From Candidatus Sysuimicrobiota bacterium (GTDB lineage: Bacteria > Sysuimicrobiota > Sysuimicrobiia > Sysuimicrobiales > Sysuimicrobiaceae), in NCBI GenBank assembly GCA_040289515.1, contig PSLI01000026.1, forward strand, positions 10,650-31,847: 21,198 nt of DNA, read 5' to 3'. Below, one piece after another: positions 1-7,030 of the stretch (its first letter is position 1; the number at the start of each line of letters is the position of its first letter). The notes below the pieces were generated by a model. It saw nothing but the letters and a program-made list of their open reading frames with translations, was not told the DNA's origin and ran no database searches. A program made the position numbers and the translations under genes.

Positions 1-611
1 CCGCCGTACCAGCCGGCCAGCTTCACCCGGCCGTCCCGCGCCGCGCGGATGGGCGTGCCCCGCGGTGCCGCGATGTCCACCCCGGTGTGGTGCCTGCGCC
101 ACCGCGCCCCGAAGCGCGAGGTCACCACGCCCCGCGCTGGCCAAAGGTACGCTGCCGTGCGGGTCCGCACGGGTGCCCGCACCACCCGGCCGCCTTGCGC
201 CGGCCCGCGGGGAATCACCAGCTTCTGCCCGATCTGCAGGCGGTCGCTGTCGAGACCGTTCGCCTCGGCGAGGTCCTCCACCCGCACCCCCGTCTTCAGG
301 GCGATGGCCCACAGGGTGTCCCCCGCCGCCACGGTGTACCGGCCGCCGGGCGGAGGACCGGTGGGAGCGGGCGGGTTCGGCCCGGGTCGGTGCGGCCTGA
401 CGGCCTGCCGCGGAGGTTGCGGCTTGCGGACCAGGAGAAGCGAAGGGGGTTGCACCACCTGCGGCAGCTGAGGCCCGGCGGTGGGCCGGAACACCACGGA
501 CCGGGAAACGTCCCGCGGGCCGGACGAGGAGAGCTCCACCGGACCGGTGCGCGGTGCCGGCACCAGCAACACCGCGCACACAGCTAGGGCTCGGAAAGCG
601 GCGTGGCGCAA
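1..611 (-). CDS. LysM + M23 family peptidoglycan metallo-endopeptidase, 3'-truncated by the window edge
   Basis: Not in the ORF track because it runs off the edge. Manual translation from TTG 611 (GGAG 5 nt upstream) gives a hydrophobic N-terminus, a Pro-rich linker, LysM (YTVAAGDTLWAIALKTGVRVEDLAEANGLDSDRLQIGQKLVIP) and the start of M23 (YLWPARGVVTSRFGARWRRHHTGVDIAAPRGTPIRAARDGRV) with the HxxxD Zn motif. Confidence 0.92.
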   Translation of the reverse strand, partial: MRHAAFRALAVCAVLLVPAPRTGPVELSSSGPRDVSRSVVFRPTAGPQLPQVVQPPSLLLVRKPQPPRQAVRPHRPGPNPPAPTGPPPGGRYTVAAGDTLWAIALKTGVRVEDLAEANGLDSDRLQIGQKLVIPRGPAQGGRVVRAPVRTRTAAYLWPARGVVTSRFGARWRRHHTGVDIAAPRGTPIRAARDGRVKLAGWYG

Positions 612-615
612 CGCC

Positions 616-700
616 TCTCCCGGTCCAGTTCGTGGTTTTGGGTGTTGCTACGGACGAAAGCCGGGAGACCACCACCGGCGGCCCCGACGGATAGATTATA
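616..700 (-). promoter_or_regulatory. Candidate -10 box (TATAAT, 695-700) and 5'UTR hairpin (616-668) covering the SD of the LysM-M23 gene
   Basis: Perfect TATAAT on the minus strand. The inverted repeats TCTCCCGG (616-623)/CCGGGAGA (661-668) and TTCGT (629-633)/ACGAA (654-658) are nested. Confidence 0.5.
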
Positions 701-771
701 GGCTAAGTCGTCAAGGAGGATCGATACAAATGAATGGACGGGCTGGCGGCCGCTGCCTGCAGCCTATGGGC

Positions 772-2058
772 TTAGGAGCCCACCCGGACCTCCTCCTCGG
801 AGGACTTCACGATGGACCGCAGGAACGCGGCGTTGTTGGGGGTCTTGCGCATGCGGTCCAGGATGAGCTCCGTCATGGCCACGGTGTCCAGCTGCTCCAA
901 ACTCTTGCGCAGCACCCACACCTTCCGCAGCTCTTCCTCCGTGAGCAGCAGTTCCTCCCGCCGAGTACCGGATATCTTGATGTCGATGGCGGGGAAGGTG
1001 CGCCGCTCCTGCAGCTTGCGGTTCAGGTGCAGCTCCATGTTCCCCGTACCCTTGAACTCCTCGTAGATCATGTCGTCCATACGGCTGCCCGTGTCGATGA
1101 GGGCGGTCGCCACGATGGTGAGGCTGCCCCCTTCCTCGATTTTGCGGGCAGCCCCGAAGAAGCGCTTGGGCCGGTGCAGGGCCGCGGGGTCCAGCCCTCC
1201 CGAGAGGGTGCGCCCGGAAGGCGGGATCACCAGGTTGTTGGCCCGCGCGAACCGCGTGAGGCTGTCCAGCAGGATCACCACGTCCCGCTTGCCCTCCACG
1301 ATGCGCTTCGCCCGCTCCAGGACCAGGTCTGCCACCTGCACGTGCTCCTCCGGCGGCCGGTCGAAGGTGCTGGACACCACCTCCGCTTCCACGGAGCGCC
1401 GCATGTCGGTGACCTCCTCCGGCCGCTCGTCCAGCAGCAGCACCATGAGGTACACCTCGGGGTGGTTCTGCACGATGGCCTGCCCGATCTTCTTGAGGAG
1501 GGTGGTCTTGCCCGCCTTCGGGGGTGAGACGATCATGGCCCGCTGTCCCTTGCCGATGGGGGCAAACAGGTCCACCACCCGCGTGGTGAGATCGCTGCCG
1601 GTTTCCAGCCGGAAGCGCTCGTAGGGGAACACGGGCGTGAGCTGCTCGAAGTGGGGCCGGTTGCGGGCCTGCTCGGGATCCAGGCCGTTCACCGCCTCCA
1701 CCCGCAGCAGGGCATAGTACTTCTCGCTGTCCTTAGGAGGCCGCACCTGCCCCAGGACCTCGTCCCCCACCCGCAGCCCGAAGCGCTTGATCTGCGAGGG
1801 GGACACGTAGATGTCTTCCGAGCCTGGTAGGTAGCCGCCGGTCCGCAGGAACCCGTACCCTTCCGGCATGATCTCCAGGATGCCGGAGCGGAACATGAGC
1901 CCCGACTGCTCCGTCTGCGCCTGCAGGATCCGCATGATGAGCTCCTGCTTGCGGTACCGGCGGTAGTTGGGGATGTTCAGCTCCTTGGCGATCTCCTGGA
2001 GCTCGTTCAGGTTCTTGGCCTCCAGTTCCGCCAGTGCGAGAATGGCCGCCACCTCCAC
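772..2058 (-). CDS. rho: Transcription termination factor Rho (start uncertain: GTG 2058, GTG 2052 or ATT 2043)
   Basis: Rho N-terminal helical domain, [17 protein letters not shown]-binding motif, [23 protein letters not shown], Walker [35 protein letters not shown]. Confidence 0.98.
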   Translation of the reverse strand: MEVAAILALAELEAKNLNELQEIAKELNIPNYRRYRKQELIMRILQAQTEQSGLMFRSGILEIMPEGYGFLRTGGYLPGSEDIYVSPSQIKRFGLRVGDEVLGQVRPPKDSEKYYALLRVEAVNGLDPEQARNRPHFEQLTPVFPYERFRLETGSDLTTRVVDLFAPIGKGQRAMIVSPPKAGKTTLLKKIGQAIVQNHPEVYLMVLLLDERPEEVTDMRRSVEAEVVSSTFDRPPEEHVQVADLVLERAKRIVEGKRDVVILLDSLTRFARANNLVIPPSGRTLSGGLDPAALHRPKRFFGAARKIEEGGSLTIVATALIDTGSRMDDMIYEEFKGTGNMELHLNRKLQERRTFPAIDIKISGTRREELLLTEEELRKVWVLRKSLEQLDTVAMTELILDRMRKTPNNAAFLRSIVKSSEEEVRVGS

Positions 2059-2153
2059 TTCCTGCGCCCGCGTCTACTGTTCCCCGCCCGGCCGGGTCCA
2101 CCGGGATGGTTGCCGGAGACCGTCGGAACCCCCTCGGTCCACGGGTGGCGCCC

Positions 2154-2837
2154 CTACGGGCTTCCCGTGGCCGCGGTGCTCCGGCTCGCCAGCTCCGCCT
2201 GCAGTCGTCGCCAGTCCGCTAGGAACCGCTCCAGCCCCTGGTCCGTGAGGGGGTGCCGGAACAGCTGCTCAAGGGTGGCAAAGGGCATGGTGGCCACGTC
2301 CGCACCCGCCCGGGCCGCCTCCAGCACGTGCAGGGGGTGCCGCAGGCTTGCGGCCAGCACCTTGGTGGCGAACCCGTACCGCCGGAGGATCTCCACCGAC
2401 TGCCGCACCACGTCCATGCCCACGTGCCCGATGTCGTCCAGCCGGCCCACGAAGGGGCTCACGTAGGTGGCGCCCGCCTTGGCGGCCAGCAGCGCCTGCA
2501 CGGGCGTGAACACCAGCGTGACGTTGATGGGGATCCCCTCCGCCCGCAGGGCTGCCGCGGCTCGCAGCCCCTCCGGGGTCATGGGGACCTTCGCCACCAC
2601 GTTGGGCGCCCACCCAGCGAACTCCCGGGCCTCCCGCACCATGCCCTGCGCGTCTAGGCTGGTGGTCTCCACGCTGATGGGGCCCGACACCCACCGGGCG
2701 ATCTCCCGCACCAGCTCCCGGGGCTCGCGCCCTTCCCGGGCCATAAGGGTGGGATTGGTGGTGACCCCGTCCAGGATCCCCCACGAGGCCGCCGTGCGGA
2801 TCTGGTTGGGGTTCGCGGTGTCCAGGAAGAACTGCAC
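2154..2837 (-). CDS. tal: Transaldolase (small TalC/FSA-fold family)
   Basis: FLDTAN, GVTTNPTL, Schiff-base Lys in VVAKVPMT, NVTLVF, YVSPFVGRLDD, AASLRHP. Glu in PISVE and Phe in SPFVGR match transaldolase rather than fructose-6-phosphate aldolase (Gln/Tyr). Confidence 0.92.
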   Translation of the reverse strand: MQFFLDTANPNQIRTAASWGILDGVTTNPTLMAREGREPRELVREIARWVSGPISVETTSLDAQGMVREAREFAGWAPNVVAKVPMTPEGLRAAAALRAEGIPINVTLVFTPVQALLAAKAGATYVSPFVGRLDDIGHVGMDVVRQSVEILRRYGFATKVLAASLRHPLHVLEAARAGADVATMPFATLEQLFRHPLTDQGLERFLADWRRLQAELASRSTAATGSP

Positions 2838-2839
2838 GA

Positions 2840-4087
2840 TTACGGCCCCTTCGCCTCGATGTAGGTCACGTCTCCCACGTCCCCCAGCAACAGCATGACC
2901 AATTCGTCGTTGGGCTTCAAGTCCTGCAGCTGGGCCGGCCGGTCGTTCCGGTACACCGCCACCACGGGCCCCAGCCGGAAGTTCCGGATGGTGACCCCCT
3001 CCGTGAGGGACAAAATGGCGGGGTTGCCCGGCTGGATGGTGCGGAAGCGGCCCCGCACGAAGTTGTACCGCCCCAGCGCGTTCATCACCCCGTCCAGGGC
3101 CACGGCCGCCTCCAGCCGCGTGGCGGGGTCGTTGGGCCGCACCCGGCCGTCGGAAAGCTGCAGGAACTCCCGCTCCACCGCCAGGGCCACGTACCCGCGG
3201 TGCTCGGGCCGTACCTCCTGCGCATCCTGCGCGGGGATGGGGTTGCCCCGCTTGGCCAGGGCCTCCTGCTCCAGCCCGCTCACCCGCGCCACCAGCTCCG
3301 CCATCTCTGCCCGGGACAAGGGGGCTCGGGGACGGAAGGTATTGTCCGAAAAGCCGGTGACGAATCCCTTGGTGAAGAAGATGGTGACGGACATGGGCTG
3401 CGGCCGCGCCGTGACCACGCCGACGAGCTCATACCGCCCGGGCGGCACGGGGCGGTCGTTCTGGTCCAGCTGCTTCCACTTGGTGTCCCCGATCACCACC
3501 TGCTGGTTGGGCTGGACCGTAAGCTTCTGGCCCTCGGTGGTGAACCGCTGCCCCAAAGACCAGCGGGCCACCTCCTCCCCGGAGGGGCTGCGGACGATGA
3601 AGTCGTACCGCTGGGACGTGGCGAACTCCACCTGCGCGGGGCCACCTGCGGTGTTCTTCAGGGACAGAACCAGACCGATCTCCTCCCCCGGGCCGTAGGT
3701 GCCCTTGTCCGTCTCCAGGATCACCTCCCACTCCTGCACCTTGCGCACCGCCTTCCGCTGGTTCACGGTGCCGGCGCTGGCTAGGGCTGCCAGCAGGCCC
3801 CGCGCGGAGGGAGGAATCTCCTGCGCGTCACGGTACTCGGGCAGGTTCCCTCCGCCCTCCCGCAGCCCCACCGCCCGCGCCAGGGCCACGAAGAAGTCCA
3901 GGCGGGTGATGCGCTCGTCGGGCTGGAAGCGGCGGTCCTGCGGGATGGGGAACACCCCCTTGGCTGCCAGCTTCTCCAGGGTGCGCTGCTCCGGCCGGCC
4001 CGCCACGTCGCTGAAGATCTGCGCCCACGCCGGCCATGCCAGCAGGATCAGCACCAAAAAAACCCACACGTAGGTGCGCCGTGCCAA
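2840..4087 (-). CDS. Secreted S-layer homology (SLH) protein with an inserted BsuPI-like beta domain and a C-terminal small beta domain
   Basis: TTG start with AGGAGGT SD. Signal peptide ending AWA/Q. SLH-like repeats (FSDV...FQPDERITRLDF; FRPRAPLSRAEM; VRPNDPATRLEAA). Central FATSQRYDFIVRSPSGEEVARWSLGQRF...VPPGRY resembles the intracellular proteinase inhibitor BsuPI family. Confidence 0.8.
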   Translation of the reverse strand: MARRTYVWVFLVLILLAWPAWAQIFSDVAGRPEQRTLEKLAAKGVFPIPQDRRFQPDERITRLDFFVALARAVGLREGGGNLPEYRDAQEIPPSARGLLAALASAGTVNQRKAVRKVQEWEVILETDKGTYGPGEEIGLVLSLKNTAGGPAQVEFATSQRYDFIVRSPSGEEVARWSLGQRFTTEGQKLTVQPNQQVVIGDTKWKQLDQNDRPVPPGRYELVGVVTARPQPMSVTIFFTKGFVTGFSDNTFRPRAPLSRAEMAELVARVSGLEQEALAKRGNPIPAQDAQEVRPEHRGYVALAVEREFLQLSDGRVRPNDPATRLEAAVALDGVMNALGRYNFVRGRFRTIQPGNPAILSLTEGVTIRNFRLGPVVAVYRNDRPAQLQDLKPNDELVMLLLGDVGDVTYIEAKGP

Positions 4088-4167
4088 CCCGTGACCTCCT
4101 CCCTCCCGGTTGGGGAGCCCCTCACGGATGCTGCCAGCTAAAAACTCGGTGCGTGGCCCGTCCGCGG

Positions 4168-4506
4168 CTACCCGTTAGCGCCGGTTCGCTCCTCCGCCCC
4201 GCGGGCTGCCTCGGCCCTGCGCAGCTCCGCCAGCTCCTGCTCCAATCGACGGATCTCCGTCTCCAGGGCCTCCGCCGGCTGGCACAGGGCCACCAGCTCG
4301 GGGTCCTGCAGGGTTCCGGCCCGGTACCGCGCGTGCACCAGCCGCCCCATGTCCGTGTAGCGATCCTCCAGGCGGGCCTGCAGGGTTCCGATCTCCAGCC
4401 GCACCCGGGCCACGCGGGCCAGCCGCTCCGATTCCCGCGCCACGGAGGTGGCGCCCTCCCGAACGGAGCGCACCACACGGTCAAGCAATTCCCGCGCCGC
4501 GGTCAC
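4168..4506 (-). CDS. Small (112 aa) coiled-coil hypothetical protein
   Basis: Only the 3' third of track ORF 4168..5196 looks like protein. GTG 4506 lies 6 nt after TGGTATAAT. The sequence (RLEIGTLQARLEDRYTDMGRLVH...ELVALCQPAEALETEIRRLEQELAEL) resembles the helical domain that usually precedes a C-terminal zinc ribbon in Bacillota hypothetical proteins. Confidence 0.8.
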   Translation of the reverse strand: MTAARELLDRVVRSVREGATSVARESERLARVARVRLEIGTLQARLEDRYTDMGRLVHARYRAGTLQDPELVALCQPAEALETEIRRLEQELAELRRAEAARGAEERTGANG

Positions 4507-4554
4507 GCCCGCATTATACCACCCAACCCGCCAGGTCCTGTTACCATGGTCCCC
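4507..4554. promoter_or_regulatory. Back-to-back extended -10 promoters for divergent, probably leaderless genes
   Basis: Minus strand: TG-G-TATAAT (4521-4513), 6 nt, GTG 4506. Plus strand: TG-T-TACCAT (4539-4547), 7 nt, GTG 4555. No SD before either start. Confidence 0.65.
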
Positions 4555-6384
4555 GTGCGGGACCTCAAGGCAGAGCTGCGGCAGGCCGTGGAGCAGGCGC
4601 TGGCCCTCCTGGGTATACAGGAGCCCGTAGAGGTGGTCGTGCAGCGTACCCCCCCGGACCGACCCGAAGACTACGGCAGCCCTGTGGCCTTCACCCTGGC
4701 CCGCACCCTGCGCCGACCGCCTCCGGAGATCGCCCAACAGCTTGCCGCTCACATCCGCCGACCTCCCGGCGTGGTGGGGGTAGAACCCGTGGGAGGGTAC
4801 GTGAACTTCACCCTGGCATCGGACGAGCTGGTGCGCGCGGCCACCGAACCCCTGCGTCCCCCGCCGCCCGTGGGCCGGCGCGTTCTGGTGGAGCACACCT
4901 CCGTGAACCCCAACAAGGAGCTGCACGTGGGGCACCTGCGCAACGTGGCTTTGGGCGACGCCCTCAGCCGCATCCTTCGCTACGCGGGCTACGAGGTGCA
5001 AATCCTCAACTACATCGACGACACGGGTCGACAAGTGGCGGAGACTCTGTTGGCCCTCCAGCGCTACGGGCTGCAGTACGACGGCCTCACCAAGTACGAC
5101 CACTGGGTGGGGGAGGCGTACGTGCGCCTGCACCGGGAGATGGAGGACCCCGCATTGCGCGCGGAGGTGGAGGCGGGCGTGCGCGCGGTGCTGCACCGCC
5201 TGGAGTCGGGGGCGCTGCGGCCGGAGGTGGAGCGGATCCTGCAGGCCCAGCTGGAGACCATGTGGCGGCTGGGTGCGGAGTACGACGCCTTGGTGTGGGA
5301 GTCGGACCTGGTGCGGGAGGGACTCCTCCAGCAGGCCCTGGCCCTGCTGGAGCGCACCCCGTACGTGCAGCGGCCCGGAGAGGGCAAGTACGCGGGTGCC
5401 CTGGTGATGGACACCTCGGCCTTCGTGCAGGGGCTGGAGGACCCGTACCTGGTGCTAGTGCGTTCGGATGGCACCGCCACCTACCCCGCCAAGGACATCG
5501 CGTTCCAGTTCTGGAAGATGGGACTGCTGCAGGGCCTGGGCTTCCGGCCATTCACCCGGCAACCCTCCGGCCGCGTGCTGTACACCTCTCACCCCGAGGG
5601 GGACCGGTCGGTGCGGTTCGGAGGCTGCGAGGAGACCATCAACGTCATCGACGCCACCCAGAGCTACCCGCAGCGGGTGGTGCGCACCGCCCTGGCGGCG
5701 GCGGGTCGGCCCGACCTGGCCAAGGGTGCCCATCACCTGGCGTATGAGACCGTCACCCTGGAAGGGCGCCGCATCTCCGGCCGCCGAGGCCACACGGTGT
5801 CCGTGGACGAGGTGCTGGACGAGGCCCACCGCAGGGCCCGCGCGGTGGTGGCGGAGAAAAACCCGGACCACCCCGATCCCGACCGGGCTGCGGAGCAGGT
5901 CGGGATCGGGGCCCTGCGCTTCGCCATGGTGAAGACGGAACCCCGCCGGCAGATCGACTTCCGTTGGGAGCAGGCCCTGTCCTTCGACGGCGACAGCGGG
6001 CCGTACGTGCAGTATGCCCACGCTCGCGCCGCATCCCTCCTGCGGCGGGCGGAGGAGGCGGGACTGCTGGGGGAGGAGCCGGATTTCGCACAGGTCACCG
6101 ATTACGAGCGGTCCGTGGCCCGGGCCCTGCTGGATTTCCCCGAGGCGGTGGCCGCCTCCGCGGCACAGCGCACGCCCCACGTGCTGGCCCAGTACCTGCT
6201 GGACTTGGCCGCGGCGTGGAACGCGTACTACAACGCCCGAAGCCCCGACGGCAACCCCGCCACCCCGGTCCTGCAGTCTCCCCCGGGCCTGCGGGGCGCC
6301 CGCCTGGCCCTGGTGCGCCAGGTACGGGACGTCCTGCGGACGGGCCTGGAGCTGCTGGGCGTTCCCGCCCCCGAGGTTATGTAG
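4555..6384 (+). CDS. argS: Arginine--tRNA ligase (alternative start ATG 4546)
   Basis: VEHTSVNPNKELHVGHLRN (HIGH region), NYIDDTGRQ, LVRSDGTATYPAKDIA, KMSKS-equivalent RISGRRG, GDSGPYVQYAHAR, and C-terminal GLELLGVPAPEVM ending in Met as typical for ArgRS. Confidence 0.97.
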   Translation: MRDLKAELRQAVEQALALLGIQEPVEVVVQRTPPDRPEDYGSPVAFTLARTLRRPPPEIAQQLAAHIRRPPGVVGVEPVGGYVNFTLASDELVRAATEPLRPPPPVGRRVLVEHTSVNPNKELHVGHLRNVALGDALSRILRYAGYEVQILNYIDDTGRQVAETLLALQRYGLQYDGLTKYDHWVGEAYVRLHREMEDPALRAEVEAGVRAVLHRLESGALRPEVERILQAQLETMWRLGAEYDALVWESDLVREGLLQQALALLERTPYVQRPGEGKYAGALVMDTSAFVQGLEDPYLVLVRSDGTATYPAKDIAFQFWKMGLLQGLGFRPFTRQPSGRVLYTSHPEGDRSVRFGGCEETINVIDATQSYPQRVVRTALAAAGRPDLAKGAHHLAYETVTLEGRRISGRRGHTVSVDEVLDEAHRRARAVVAEKNPDHPDPDRAAEQVGIGALRFAMVKTEPRRQIDFRWEQALSFDGDSGPYVQYAHARAASLLRRAEEAGLLGEEPDFAQVTDYERSVARALLDFPEAVAASAAQRTPHVLAQYLLDLAAAWNAYYNARSPDGNPATPVLQSPPGLRGARLALVRQVRDVLRTGLELLGVPAPEVM

Positions 6385-6386
6385 CC

Positions 6387-7017
6387 GTGCCGAAGCCCGT
6401 CCGCGTCCTCATCCTGGGCGCCAGCGGACCGGACTTCCACAATTTCAACGTGTACTTCCGCCACCGCCCCGACTACCGGGGGGTGGCCCTTCACCGCCAC
6501 CCAGATCCCCCACCTGACGGGGCGCCGCTACCCACCGGAGCTGGCGGGCCCCCTGTACCCCGAGGGATCCCCATCGTGCCGGAGGAGGAGTTGGAGGCTT
6601 GGATCCAGCGGGAGGTGCTGTTGAGCTACAGCGACGTGTCGCACGAGCATGTGATGCACGTGGCCTCCCGGGCCCTGGCCGCGGGGACTAGCGCGCGCCT
6701 GCTGGGGCCGCAGGACACCCTGCTGCGGGTCCGCGGGCCCGTGCTGGCCGTGGGCGCGGTGCGCACCGGCAGCAGCAAAAGCCAGACCGCCCGGAAGCTG
6801 GCCCGGCTGCTCCGGGAGTGGGGCAAGAAGGTGGTGCTGCGGCACCCCATGGTATACAGGGACCTCTGGGCGGTGCAGCGGTTCGCCTCCTGGGAGGACC
6901 TGGAAGGCGCCCTCACCGTGCAGGAGCACGAGCCTCATGTGGGCTTGGCAGAAGGACGGGCCCACCCTCGCGGACCTGCTGCGCACGTGGCTGCAGGAGT
7001 GGGCCTCCTGCCCCTGA
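6387..7017 (+). pseudogene. Decayed COG2403 P-loop protein (cyclic 2,3-diphosphoglycerate synthetase-like / arginine synthetase-like)
   Basis: Family motifs DFHNFNVYFR, FTATQIP...GRRYPPELAGPLYPEG (only in a shifted frame, 6490-6566), YSDVSHEHVMH, AVRTGSSKSQT, RHPM, VQRF, EPH. There is a +1 shift near 6487-6489 and a -1 shift near 6564-6566, plus small deletions. The C-terminal half is missing apart from an out-of-frame tail (GPTLADLLRTWL...TGA 7015-7017). Confidence 0.85.
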
Positions 7018-7030
7018 GGCGGCTGCCGGC

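Noticed and set aside
49..587. Plus-strand ORFs 49..471, 65..400 and 87..587
   Set aside because: They are shadows of the minus-strand LysM-M23 gene, which has clear motifs.
695..714. TTGACG and TATAAT on the minus strand as a canonical sigma70 -35/-10 pair
   Set aside because: The spacer is only 8 nt, so only the -10 is retained as a candidate.
741..765. GC-rich inverted repeat after the rho stop as an intrinsic terminator
   Set aside because: The stem is imperfect and there is no adjacent U-tract, so support is insufficient.
612..771. c-di-AMP (ydaO) or c-di-GMP riboswitch upstream of the LysM-M23 gene
   Set aside because: The context fits, but I cannot find the consensus elements and the leader is short. 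It is reported only as an unclassified hairpin.
4036..4545. Long N-terminal extensions in the ORF track (argS from 4036; likewise accD from 8558, accA 9943, pdhC 14764, SPFH 16883, pgi/pmi 21126, unknown gene 10039)
   Set aside because: They overlap real neighbouring genes, lack family similarity, and better starts exist downstream. Stop-poor frames are expected at high GC.
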